The notes beneath the pieces were generated by a model. That model was not told the DNA's origin and ran no database searches. It saw only the letters and a list, made by a program, of their open reading frames with translations. DNA of 64,000 bases from positions 197,350 to 261,349 of the forward strand of contig JANQGY010000013.1 of NCBI GenBank assembly GCA_028282845.1, read 5' to 3'. The position numbers were made by a program, and so were the translations under genes. Below, piece by piece: positions 29,261 through 38,816 of the stretch (the stretch's first letter is position 1; each line of letters starts with the position of its first letter). The stretch is from a bacterium (GTDB lineage Bacteria; Fidelibacterota; Marinisomatia; Marinisomatales; JAHJCW01).

Positions 29261-31339
29261 ATGATAAGCCAAATACTATTCGTCGGACTCCTAGCAAGCG
29301 GTATTGTTTTGTTTGCCAGACGAGTCAAACAAATTCGAACTAATATTCTTTTAGGAAAAGATTTAGATCGCACCGATCATCCGGTTGTAAGATGGAAAAC
29401 AATGTTCAAAGTTGCCCTCGGGCAAATAAAAATGGTCAAAAGGCCGGTTTCCGGAATATTACATATCATTGTTTATGCCGGTTTTATTATCGTCAACATT
29501 GAAATGTTAGAAATAGTTCTCGATGGAATTTTGGGAACGCATAGACTTTTTGCTCCGGTCGGGACTTTGTATAGTTTGTTAATCGGTAGTTTCGAAGTAA
29601 TCGCTTTGCTAGTAATCTTGGCTTGTGCCACTTTCTTAGTACGTAGAAACGTAGTCCGGATGAAGCGCTTCCATTCCAAGGAAATGACGGCTTGGCCTAA
29701 AACTGATGCCAACATAATTTTGGTTACCGAAATATTGCTAATGTCGGCATTTATTTTTATGAATGCGGCAGATATGTTGTTGCAAGATATTGATCCGGCA
29801 CATTATGCAAGTACCGGCACTTTTCCAATTAGCAGCGTTGTGCAGCCGTTACTCTTAGGTTTTAGCGAAAATGGATTAGTTCTGATTGAACGCGGCTTGT
29901 GGTGGTTTCATATAGTTGGGGTAATGGCTTTTTTAGTATATGTAACCTATTCCAAGCATTTCCATATTCTTTTGGCATTTCCGAATACTTATTACAGTAA
30001 TTTGGAGAACAGAGGGAAATTACCCGTTATGCCGGCCGTATTGAATGAGGTAAAGACAATGTTGGATCCGAATGCTGATCCCTATGCCGATTCAGGAACC
30101 GGCGATGAAGATGATGAAAATTTTGGCGCCAATGACGTACGGGATTTAACTTGGAAACAATTAATGGACGGTTATGCCTGTACCGAATGCGGACGTTGTA
30201 CATCGGTATGTCCGGTAAATATGACGGGTAAAGTGCTCTCCCCAAGAAAAATTTTGATGGATACACGTGATCGTTTGGAGGAAGTGGGCAAAAATATCAG
30301 ATCGAATAACGGGGAATTCGTCGACGATAAAAAATCATTATTATATACGTACATAACCGAAGAGGAACTGTGGGGTTGTACCACCTGCGTTGCTTGTGTG
30401 GAAGCTTGTCCGGTGTTAATTGATCCTCTGAGCACGATCATTGACTTGCGGCGATATTTGGTTTTATCTGAGGGGAAACCGCATTCTCAGGCTGCGGAAA
30501 GTTTGGAGAAAACAATGAATACCGGCAATCCTTGGGGCTATTCTCAAAGTGAGAGAACAAAATGGGCGACCGATGCGGGGCTTGATCTGCCGCTAATGTC
30601 TGAAAAGAAAGAAGCCGATGTTTTGTATTGGGTCGGATGTGCCGGTTCTTATGATCCTCGTAATCAACAGGTTTCTAAGGCTATGATCAAGATATTGGAA
30701 GCTGCCGAAGTGGATTATGCTGTTCTTGGAACAGAGGAATCATGTACAGGGGATTCAGCCCGGAGGCTTGGTGAAGAATATTTATTTGAGACAATGACAT
30801 TGCAAAATATTGAAACATTTAAAAAATATAAATTCAATAAGATTGTTGCTCCTTGTCCGCATTGTTTTCATACGATTGGAAATGAATATACCGATTTTGA
30901 GGTGAATTATAAGGTGCAGCATCATTCACAATTCATCGGAGAGTTGGTTGATTCCGGCAAATTGAACTTGAAAAAATATTATGATAATAAAGTAACTTAC
31001 CATGATCCTTGCTATTTGGGACGCCACAATAATGAATATGACGCTTCACGGAATATTATCAACGGTGTTCTGAAAAATGACAAGCTGATCGAGATGAAGC
31101 AGAATCGGAAAAATAGTTTTTGCTGCGGTGCCGGTGGTGGAAATATGTGGTATGACCTTGAAGGAGGAGACCGTATAAATTATGTTCGTTTTCAGGAAGC
31201 AATTGATACCGGTGCCGATGTAGTTGCCACCGCCTGCTCATTTTGTACTTTTATGATGGATGATGCCATGAAAGTTAAAGGCAAAGAAGATACCATGCAG
31301 GTATTGGATATTGCCGAAATGGTGGCAACGGCGTTATAA
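29261..31339 (+). CDS. Membrane-anchored Fe-S oxidoreductase (N-terminal multi-TM domain + 2x[4Fe-4S] + two CCG domains), EtfD/HdrD-like ETF-oxidising partner
   Basis: About 6 TM helices, then CTECGRCTSVCP and CTTCVACVEACP, then CCG-type motifs (CPHCFHT, DPCYLGRH, FCCGAGGG, ACSFC). It lies directly downstream of etfBA. Confidence 0.8.
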   Translation: MISQILFVGLLASGIVLFARRVKQIRTNILLGKDLDRTDHPVVRWKTMFKVALGQIKMVKRPVSGILHIIVYAGFIIVNIEMLEIVLDGILGTHRLFAPVGTLYSLLIGSFEVIALLVILACATFLVRRNVVRMKRFHSKEMTAWPKTDANIILVTEILLMSAFIFMNAADMLLQDIDPAHYASTGTFPISSVVQPLLLGFSENGLVLIERGLWWFHIVGVMAFLVYVTYSKHFHILLAFPNTYYSNLENRGKLPVMPAVLNEVKTMLDPNADPYADSGTGDEDDENFGANDVRDLTWKQLMDGYACTECGRCTSVCPVNMTGKVLSPRKILMDTRDRLEEVGKNIRSNNGEFVDDKKSLLYTYITEEELWGCTTCVACVEACPVLIDPLSTIIDLRRYLVLSEGKPHSQAAESLEKTMNTGNPWGYSQSERTKWATDAGLDLPLMSEKKEADVLYWVGCAGSYDPRNQQVSKAMIKILEAAEVDYAVLGTEESCTGDSARRLGEEYLFETMTLQNIETFKKYKFNKIVAPCPHCFHTIGNEYTDFEVNYKVQHHSQFIGELVDSGKLNLKKYYDNKVTYHDPCYLGRHNNEYDASRNIINGVLKNDKLIEMKQNRKNSFCCGAGGGNMWYDLEGGDRINYVRFQEAIDTGADVVATACSFCTFMMDDAMKVKGKEDTMQVLDIAEMVATAL

Positions 31340-31371
31340 TTTTGGTAATCATTTACTAATTTTATTACAAT

Positions 31372-33123
31372 ATGGCGACGCATTTCTATCTTCCGTTTGA
31401 ACGAAAAGGGAAGTTTGATTATCATAAATTAAATGAATATGAGAAATATCAACTATCCTTTCATCCCGAACGACCCAAGTATTTAGATTATCTAAAAATA
31501 TTTGATGATGCTAAGGTATGTTTCCGCAGCGACGCTTTCGGATCCTGTTTGATTCAGACCCATCGTGCCAATCTTATAATTGACGACAATAAAATTCCGG
31601 TAATGCTGATTGGTCAACAGACCGGACCAACCTCTGATTATAAAGAACTAAGCAAGATGATGCGGGATGTCGAACAAATGCGCAAGTGGAATGAGGGTAT
31701 GCCGACACCGGCATCGTATGAAAGAGCTGTCAAGGCTATTAATGCTGCCAATAATGAGAATCGGCTGATCATTATTTTCGTTGATACGCCGGGCGCTGAC
31801 CCGACGGAAACATCGGAAGCCGGCGGTATCGCCTGGCGGATTGGTGATACAATCCATGCTTTAGCTGAAACGCAGGTTCCAACCTTGTCGGTTATTATGA
31901 ATCGCGCCTGCAGTGGTGGTGCAATCGGGCTGACCGGTTGTGATTTAGTATTGGCGATGGAGTATTCCACCTATTTAGTGATCACTCCGGAGGCTTGTTC
32001 GTCTATTTTATTTCACACCCGCGATAGAGCAAATGAGGCTGCCTCCGCTTCGCGGATAACCTCTAAAGAAGGATTCGAGCTTGGTATTGTTGACGTATTA
32101 GTAGCGGAGCCGGAAGGCCCGGCGCATAGATTTAAGGGTAAAGCGATTGAATCGTTACATGCTGAAATTGAGAAGGCTGCGGTTAAATTGCAGTCAATCC
32201 CGACAACTAAATTATTTGCAAAACGGGTTGAGCGATGGTCGAATATTGGACAGTGGTCCGAAACGACTATCGAAAAAGTGAACTCAGTTCAAAGGGAAGT
32301 ATCAAGATTACCGGTTCCCAATAGTGATGGTTATTTGAAACGGCACAAAGGTTGTTATGATATGCACGGTGTGCATAAATATGATCCCGTTCGATTTGAC
32401 AGATTAAAGAGCAATGGTTTTGTTTGTGAGACTTGTGGTTTCCGTTATACAAGGCCTTCAATATGGGATTGCATGAATAGTTTATTTGATAAGGATAGTT
32501 TTGAGGAACACGCCGAAACCAAATTGATTATTGACAAAGATATTTTGGGATTTCCGGAGTACAAAGAAAAATTGATCGGTGCCCAAAAGCGCACCGGATT
32601 GATGACAACGATGATAACCGGCAATGCTAAAATAAGAGATATTGACATTGTTTTCGGTGGTGCCGATTTTGGATTCTTCGGGGCTTCATTTTGTATGACC
32701 ACCGGAGAGAAAATTTGGCGAGCCGCTGAAATCGCCATAAAGGATAAAAAACCGTTGATACTTCATGCCGCCGGCGGCGGAGCACGAATGCATGAAGGTT
32801 GCTCATCAATGGTCAGTATTCCCAAAGCTCATATTGCAATAACACGGGTAGAAAAAGCCGGAATACCGGTGATTACGATAATTACTGATCCGACATTAGG
32901 CGGCGTTGCCATCGGGTATGGTTCGCGCGGTAAGCGTATTTTCTTAAAGCATGCCGGCAATATCGGATTTTCCGGCCGACGGGTCATCGAACAATATACC
33001 GGTAAAAAGACTTCTAAGGATTTTCAAACTACTCCGTGGTTACAAAGACACGGGCATGTAAAATATGTTGCAACGCAAGACAGTCTCAGGAATGAGATTA
33101 CATATATTTTAAATCAAGTTTGA
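31372..33123 (+). CDS. Fused acetyl-CoA carboxylase carboxyltransferase alpha (AccA-like) and beta (AccD-like) in one polypeptide
   Basis: N-terminal half is AccA-like (HPERPKYLDY, FVDTPGADP, ACSGGAIGL, ITPEACSSIL). C-terminal half is AccD-like (CETCG, GGARMHEG, TDPTLGGVA, GFSGRRVIEQ). Confidence 0.8.
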   Translation: MATHFYLPFERKGKFDYHKLNEYEKYQLSFHPERPKYLDYLKIFDDAKVCFRSDAFGSCLIQTHRANLIIDDNKIPVMLIGQQTGPTSDYKELSKMMRDVEQMRKWNEGMPTPASYERAVKAINAANNENRLIIIFVDTPGADPTETSEAGGIAWRIGDTIHALAETQVPTLSVIMNRACSGGAIGLTGCDLVLAMEYSTYLVITPEACSSILFHTRDRANEAASASRITSKEGFELGIVDVLVAEPEGPAHRFKGKAIESLHAEIEKAAVKLQSIPTTKLFAKRVERWSNIGQWSETTIEKVNSVQREVSRLPVPNSDGYLKRHKGCYDMHGVHKYDPVRFDRLKSNGFVCETCGFRYTRPSIWDCMNSLFDKDSFEEHAETKLIIDKDILGFPEYKEKLIGAQKRTGLMTTMITGNAKIRDIDIVFGGADFGFFGASFCMTTGEKIWRAAEIAIKDKKPLILHAAGGGARMHEGCSSMVSIPKAHIAITRVEKAGIPVITIITDPTLGGVAIGYGSRGKRIFLKHAGNIGFSGRRVIEQYTGKKTSKDFQTTPWLQRHGHVKYVATQDSLRNEITYILNQV

Positions 33124-33551
33124 GTTTTGCCCAAATGAATCAGCTCAAGCCCTAATTGTTTGGCGAGTTTTGTAATTCTTTCATCGCGGTAGAATTCACC
33201 GTAATAAATCTTAATTATTCCGGCATTCACAATCAATTTAAAACAATTATAACAGGGTGATGCCGTTATATAAATTTCACTGCCCTCAACTCTTACGCCA
33301 TGCCGGGCAGCCTGTACAATTGCATTAGCTTCGGCGTGGACGGTTCTTGTGCAATGGCCGTTTTCCATTTCATGACCGACTTCATCACAGTGCGGTAATC
33401 CGCGTAAACTGCCGTTATAACCGGTGGATAATATTGTACGTCCGCGTACGATAACCGCCCCGACTTTTTTCCTATCGCAAGTGGCGCGCGTAGCGACTTC
33501 CTTTGCGATATTCATGAAGTAATTTTCCCAAGATACGCGCTGTTTCGACAT
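33114..33551 (-). CDS. dCMP deaminase (ComEB family, zinc-dependent)
   Basis: HAEANAI and PCYNCFKLI zinc-binding motifs. ATGA coupling to sufS. Confidence 0.88.
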   Translation of the reverse strand: MSKQRVSWENYFMNIAKEVATRATCDRKKVGAVIVRGRTILSTGYNGSLRGLPHCDEVGHEMENGHCTRTVHAEANAIVQAARHGVRVEGSEIYITASPCYNCFKLIVNAGIIKIYYGEFYRDERITKLAKQLGLELIHLGKTQT

Positions 33552-34771
33552 TACAATCCTCTAAAGAATTTAGCGGTTTTGACTAAACTGTCACATAATT
33601 TATCGATGTCTGCTTTAGTATTGTAAATGTAAAGACTGGCTCGGATCGTTGAGCTTATTCCAAGCTTATCCATTACCGGTTGGGCACAGTGATGCCCGGC
33701 GCGTACAGCGATATTATCCTGATCCAAGAATTGTGCCAAATCATGCGGATGAACATCCTGCAAATTGAAACTTATCACACTACTGCTTTTATTTTTGGTA
33801 TGTCCATATACCTTAATTCCTTCAATGGCTTTTAATTGTATTAAAGCGTATAGTTTTAGATCTTGTAAGTACTCAGAAACATTTTGCATTCCAAGTTGAT
33901 CCAAATAATCAATGGCAGCGCCAAAGCCAACTGCCTGAGCAATATTTGGTGTTCCCGCTTCAAATTTGTAGGGCGCATCATTCCAGGTAGATTTAGACAT
34001 AGTAACTGAATTTATCATATCACCGCCGCCCATGAATGGCTCCATTCCTTCAATTATATCCAATTTACCATATAAAATACCGATACCGGTAGGTCCCAGC
34101 ATTTTATGTCCTGATAAAGCCAGGAAATCACAATCCATATCTTGAACATCAAGTGTGTCGTGCGGAGCGCTTTGGGCGGCATCAATTAATGTTATTGCAC
34201 CAACCTTTTTGGCTTTGTTAATGATTTCTTGTATTGGATTGATCGTTCCGAAAACATTCGACTGATGTATGATACTGACCAATTTGGTTTTATCGGAAAG
34301 GAGTGTACCTAAATCGGAAAGATCAAGTGTACCATCTTGATTTATGGGAATATATTTTAGTATGGCACCGCGATCTTCGGCAATTAATTGCCACGGTACG
34401 ATATTACTGTGGTGCTCCATTTCCGTAATTAATATCTCATCACCCATATTTAGATTTTTTCTTCCCCAACTATGGGCTACAAGATTGATTGATTCGGTAG
34501 TTCCACCTGTAAAAATTATTGACTGCCAATCCTTGGCATTAATGAATTTTTGAGCTTTTAGCCTTGCACCATGATAGGCTTCAGTTGCCTTAAAGCTTAA
34601 ATTATAAATACCACGATGGACATTAGCATAGCTGTGCGAATAAAATTCGGAAATGGCATCAATTACTTGGTGCGGTTTTTGGGTGGTGGCGGCACTATCC
34701 AAATAAACTAGCGATTGATCTTGAAAAACAGGAAAATCCGAGCGGATTTTATTTACATCCAATTTACTCAT
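33551..34771 (-). CDS. sufS: Cysteine desulfurase SufS (group II)
   Basis: SGHKMLGPTGIG PLP-lysine motif and RAGHHCAQP active-site loop. The start is set at MSKLDVNKIR, giving an ATGA overlap with the sufT stop. Confidence 0.92.
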   Translation of the reverse strand: MSKLDVNKIRSDFPVFQDQSLVYLDSAATTQKPHQVIDAISEFYSHSYANVHRGIYNLSFKATEAYHGARLKAQKFINAKDWQSIIFTGGTTESINLVAHSWGRKNLNMGDEILITEMEHHSNIVPWQLIAEDRGAILKYIPINQDGTLDLSDLGTLLSDKTKLVSIIHQSNVFGTINPIQEIINKAKKVGAITLIDAAQSAPHDTLDVQDMDCDFLALSGHKMLGPTGIGILYGKLDIIEGMEPFMGGGDMINSVTMSKSTWNDAPYKFEAGTPNIAQAVGFGAAIDYLDQLGMQNVSEYLQDLKLYALIQLKAIEGIKVYGHTKNKSSSVISFNLQDVHPHDLAQFLDQDNIAVRAGHHCAQPVMDKLGISSTIRASLYIYNTKADIDKLCDSLVKTAKFFRGL

Positions 34772-35310
34772 AATATTCCAAGTTGAAGCAAGGCAGCTTC
34801 TGACATCATATCCCGATTCCACAGTGGTTCCCAAACCAATTCCACGTTTGCCTCAATAACTCCCGGAATGCCTTCAACTTTGTGTTTGGCTTCATCGGTT
34901 ATGATCGGGCCCATGCCACAGCCGGGGGCAGTTAACGTCATCTTAATATTTACAATTGTACCTTTTTTTGATTTTTCCAATTTACAATCATATATCAATC
35001 CGAGATCAACAATATTTATCGGGATCTCCGGATCATAAACCGTTTTCAATTGATTCCATACCTGTTGCTCATTTACTTTCCGGTTGGTTTCCGTATCTGT
35101 AACAACAGTCTTTTCTTGGACCTCCATGCCAATCGCATCGGCATCCTGACCATCAATTTTGAACAGATTACCGTTGACCATTAATGTATAACTGCCGCCT
35201 AAGGCTTGAGTTATGACAGCAATCTCTCCCTTTTTAATGGTAACTTTATCTCCGGATGGGATCAAAAAGGCGCTTACGTTGCGTTCAATTTTTTTTCTTT
35301 CCTGTTTCAT
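34768..35310 (-). CDS. sufT: SUF system Fe-S assembly protein SufT-like (N-terminal domain + DUF59)
   Basis: C-terminal DUF59 pattern (VYDPEIPINIVDLGLIY, TLTAPGCGMG). About 180 aa, located in the suf operon. Confidence 0.75.
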   Translation of the reverse strand: MKQERKKIERNVSAFLIPSGDKVTIKKGEIAVITQALGGSYTLMVNGNLFKIDGQDADAIGMEVQEKTVVTDTETNRKVNEQQVWNQLKTVYDPEIPINIVDLGLIYDCKLEKSKKGTIVNIKMTLTAPGCGMGPIITDEAKHKVEGIPGVIEANVELVWEPLWNRDMMSEAALLQLGIL

Positions 35311-35753
35311 TATTCTGTAACCGCAATTTGATCTTTATTTTCTAAAGCATTTTTTAATGTCCGCCATGGTAAAATAGCGCATTTGACCCGCGCCGGGAAT
35401 TTATGCACTCCCGATAAAACCGCCAATTTGCCGATTCCTTCGATATCGGCTTTGCCTTTGGTTAGCATGTCATGTACTTTTTCAAATAAATGGTCTGCTT
35501 CGTCTATGCTTTTACCGATCAGTGCCTCGGTCATTAGCGATGAAGAAGCCTTTGAAATAGCACAGCCCGATCCGGTAAATCCGACATCAGTGATCAGATT
35601 ATCTTTGATTATTATGTAAATATCAATTTTATCACCGCATAATGGATTATGCCCCTTAGCCACGTGGGAGGCTTGCTCAATTTCTTTAAAATTGCGCGGA
35701 TTGTGATTGTGGTCAATAATAACTTGCTGATATAGATCTTGCAGATCGTTCAT
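35310..35753 (-). CDS. sufU: SUF-type NifU/IscU-like scaffold or sulfurtransferase SufU
   Basis: NPLCGD, GSGCAISKAS and ARVKCA cysteine motifs. The start at MNDLQ gives an ATGA overlap with the sufD stop. Confidence 0.85.
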   Translation of the reverse strand: MNDLQDLYQQVIIDHNHNPRNFKEIEQASHVAKGHNPLCGDKIDIYIIIKDNLITDVGFTGSGCAISKASSSLMTEALIGKSIDEADHLFEKVHDMLTKGKADIEGIGKLAVLSGVHKFPARVKCAILPWRTLKNALENKDQIAVTE

Positions 35754-37012
35754 TTTACCAACCACTCTAATAGATCGTTTGTGACTCGCTTATGGAATGA
35801 TTCATTCCCCGCCTGATCAATAATTTCTCGGGCAAAGCCCTCAATTAATAATGCTTTGGCGGTTTCATTATCAAGGCCGCGACTTCTTAAATAAAATATT
35901 GCTTCCTGATCTAATTCGCCGGTTGCCGAACCGTGCGAACATTGTACATCATCGGCATAAATTTCTAATTGTGGATTTGAATTCATCAATGCCTTTTTCG
36001 ATAATAGAATATTTTTATTGGTTTGCTGTGAATCAGTTTGTTGCGCCCCGGGTTGAACTTTAACTAATCCGTTGAATACGCCTTCAGCAGAATCCTTCAA
36101 AATATATTTGAATAGTTGTTGGCTATTGCAATGCGGCTGATTGTGGATTATGTTGGTATAATTCTCGATGTGATCATTACTATCTAGCAAACCAAGTCCG
36201 GATATATTTGAATCACAATTTTCACCGTTTATTTGAATATCAATTTCATTTCTGATCAGCGAACCGTTTTTGGTTATAATCTGTGCAGCATAATTACTAT
36301 CCTGTGCTTGCTCGATAAATAGGTGATTCAGATTAATGTTGCGATGATCAAAATTCTGAAATGTAGCATATTTAAAATTGGAGTTTTCTTGCAATACGAC
36401 TTTATTGACCGTGTTGCCAAAAATATTAGCGCTATGAAGATTAATGTGGTCTTCAACGACAGATACGGAACTGTTCCGGCCGATTCCGATAAAATTGAAT
36501 TGATGTAGTTGAACATCTTTTTTGTGATCGGTTATTATGTTTATAATGTGTAGAGGTTTGTCAGCATTCAAATTATCGGTCAATTCAATATAATAACCGG
36601 AATTGCTATAAGCATGATTTAGTGCCACGAATGGGCTAGCCTCCGATGTTATTGATAAATTAGGAATTGGTAATACATCAGAAAGCTGTTTAACAGTTAA
36701 GGCATCATCAAATTCCGATAAAGCAAAATCAATTGTGCCGTCCACTAAAACGATCCTGTCATTGTCGGACAAAGCCAATTTGTTAAAAACATCTTTATTG
36801 ATCTGAACGCCGTTCTTTTTAAGTAAATCGAATTTGGATTTTGATATCGGAGTTAGATCAGTATATTGCCACGCTTCGGATCGCTTATTTGGAAAGCCCG
36901 CCAGTATGAACTTATCAAAGGCTTGTTGCCTTTCGTCAGTCATGGGATTTGGTTCCTTGGCTAACGAAGCAATAAACTGTTCAAATTGTGCTATGTAATT
37001 GTTCCGATCCAT
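35750..37012 (-). CDS. sufD: Fe-S cluster assembly protein SufD
   Basis: C-terminal beta-helix block (PQLEIYADDVQCSHGATTG-like: PQLEIYADDVQCSHGSATGELD, FYLRSRGL). Confidence 0.88.
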   Translation of the reverse strand: MDRNNYIAQFEQFIASLAKEPNPMTDERQQAFDKFILAGFPNKRSEAWQYTDLTPISKSKFDLLKKNGVQINKDVFNKLALSDNDRIVLVDGTIDFALSEFDDALTVKQLSDVLPIPNLSITSEASPFVALNHAYSNSGYYIELTDNLNADKPLHIINIITDHKKDVQLHQFNFIGIGRNSSVSVVEDHINLHSANIFGNTVNKVVLQENSNFKYATFQNFDHRNINLNHLFIEQAQDSNYAAQIITKNGSLIRNEIDIQINGENCDSNISGLGLLDSNDHIENYTNIIHNQPHCNSQQLFKYILKDSAEGVFNGLVKVQPGAQQTDSQQTNKNILLSKKALMNSNPQLEIYADDVQCSHGSATGELDQEAIFYLRSRGLDNETAKALLIEGFAREIIDQAGNESFHKRVTNDLLEWLVK

Positions 37013-37018
37013 AACTAA

Positions 37019-37762
37019 TTAATTGGCAACTAACCATTGATATCCTTTCTCTTCAACCGCGCGACCCAACTCTTGCCCGCCGGATTTCACGATCTTTCCG
37101 TCTATAAGTACATGGACAACATCCGGTTTGACATAATTCAGCAGTCTTTGATAATGTGTAATTACCAGAAAAGATCGCTTGTCATCACGGTAGGAATTAA
37201 CGCCGTTGGCGATGGTTTTCATTGCGTCAATATCCAATCCGGAATCGGTTTCATCTAAGATAGCCAGTTCCGGTTCAAGGGTTAGCATTTGTAATATTTC
37301 GTTGCGCTTTTTTTCGCCGCCCGAAAATCCATCATTAACCGAACGCCTAAGGTACGCCTCATCCATGCCGACCAACTCTAATTTTTCTTTTATCAGTTTC
37401 ATAAAATCAATTGCGTCAATTTCGGGCTCGCCAAAGTATTTTCGTTTAGCGTTCAAAGCAGCTTTCAAAAAATAAGTATTGTTAACTCCCGATATCACCG
37501 ATGGATATTGAAATGACATAATGATTCCATTTAAGGCGCGTTCCTCGGCGGACATTTCCTCAAGGTTTTTGCCTTTATACATGATAGATCCTTTGGTAAT
37601 CTCATATATTTCATTACCGGAGAGTACATGCGCCAGGGTACTTTTCCCGGAACCATTCCGACCCATAATGGCATGTGTTTCACCGGGATTGATCTTGAGG
37701 TTGACGCCTTTCAATATTTGACTGTCTTCGACTGAAACGTGTAAATCTTTTATTTCTAACAT
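37019..37762 (-). CDS. sufC: Fe-S cluster assembly ATPase SufC
   Basis: Walker A GRNGSGKST, signature FSGGEKKRNEILQ and Walker B AILDETDSGLD. Confidence 0.95.
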   Translation of the reverse strand: MLEIKDLHVSVEDSQILKGVNLKINPGETHAIMGRNGSGKSTLAHVLSGNEIYEITKGSIMYKGKNLEEMSAEERALNGIIMSFQYPSVISGVNNTYFLKAALNAKRKYFGEPEIDAIDFMKLIKEKLELVGMDEAYLRRSVNDGFSGGEKKRNEILQMLTLEPELAILDETDSGLDIDAMKTIANGVNSYRDDKRSFLVITHYQRLLNYVKPDVVHVLIDGKIVKSGGQELGRAVEEKGYQWLVAN

Positions 37763-37803
37763 ATTATTATAATTTTAAGTTTTGAGTTATCAATTTTTAA
37801 TTG

Positions 37804-38784
37804 TTACCAATAACGAATAGTTAAATATTTTATTAATTCTTCATAGGTCTTTTTATTTATTCCATCTAAAAATTTCTCGGGTGATATAATTACATACTTT
37901 GATTGATTTTGCAAGTGCTCCCGCCAAGTTGTCTCCATATCTTTATTGCTGCATTTGTATTGTTTATTAAGTAGATCTAGATTTTCAGAAGGAATTATAT
38001 GAACATGTAAATAATCTGATGCTTTTAATCTTTCATTTTGTCTATTTTTAATTAACTGTTCAGTCCATAGCGTTTGTCTCATTAACTGATAAAATGGCTC
38101 AAAGTAATAACAATAATGATTTTCACTTTTTAATTGCTTTGAACCATTTATCAAATCAGTATATCTTCTCTGACGTTCTTTACCTTTGCATTTCTCAGGA
38201 TTGGCTTTGCAGCCTTCTTTTGCTTTGTTTAGGTTACCGTAATGTTCAGTATATTTCCATTCAATAGGGATTAACCACGTCTTGCCATCTTTGTGTACTG
38301 CATGAATTAATGCGTCTATCGAAGTACAATTGCTTCCTCTTCTTGATGTTTTTTCATTTAGATTATCAATATAACTCACTGCTTCAAATTGGATATATGC
38401 AGGATCAAAATCATCAGTAATTATAGGTAAAACATCTATAAAATCATTTGAAATATTATTTGCTAAGGATAAAGTTGCATCTTTACCATGTCTTAACGGG
38501 AAAAGATGATTAACACACGCAATTTGTGATGACAAAATGTGTCCGGTAGGTTTTTTACCTCCCCACCAAGAAATCCCATTTTCAGCAAAATAATTAATAG
38601 CATCATCTTTAATGGGGTGGAAAAGGTTTTTATTAAAATCAGTTAATACAAAATCTCTTTCTGTTTTTTTATATATTGCTCCTCCACGACCATCATAAAA
38701 TACAGGATTCTTATCCTTAATTAAATTTAATCCCTTTTTACGCTGTTCTTCTTGATAATGTGATGCCATATATTTTTTCTTCAC
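37804..38784 (-). CDS. Hypothetical PD-(D/E)XK nuclease-like protein inserted between sufB and sufC
   Basis: 326-aa ORF with candidate catalytic D157..E175-W-K177 (SIDALIHAVHKDGKTWLIPIEWKYTE). Visibly lower GC than the flanking suf genes. No adjacent methyltransferase. Confidence 0.5.
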   Translation of the reverse strand: MKKKYMASHYQEEQRKKGLNLIKDKNPVFYDGRGGAIYKKTERDFVLTDFNKNLFHPIKDDAINYFAENGISWWGGKKPTGHILSSQIACVNHLFPLRHGKDATLSLANNISNDFIDVLPIITDDFDPAYIQFEAVSYIDNLNEKTSRRGSNCTSIDALIHAVHKDGKTWLIPIEWKYTEHYGNLNKAKEGCKANPEKCKGKERQRRYTDLINGSKQLKSENHYCYYFEPFYQLMRQTLWTEQLIKNRQNERLKASDYLHVHIIPSENLDLLNKQYKCSNKDMETTWREHLQNQSKYVIISPEKFLDGINKKTYEELIKYLTIRYW

Positions 38785-38816
38785 TTAAAATTCAACATTT
38801 AACACTCAAAATTATT

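Noticed and set aside
34772-34834. N-terminal 21-codon extension of sufS (and similar extensions of sufU to 35765, korG to 50785, the TonB receptor to 56159 and etfB to 27338)
   Set aside because: In each case an internal Met gives ATGA-type coupling or a proper RBS and begins the conserved sequence. The longer versions overlap the upstream gene or lack an RBS.
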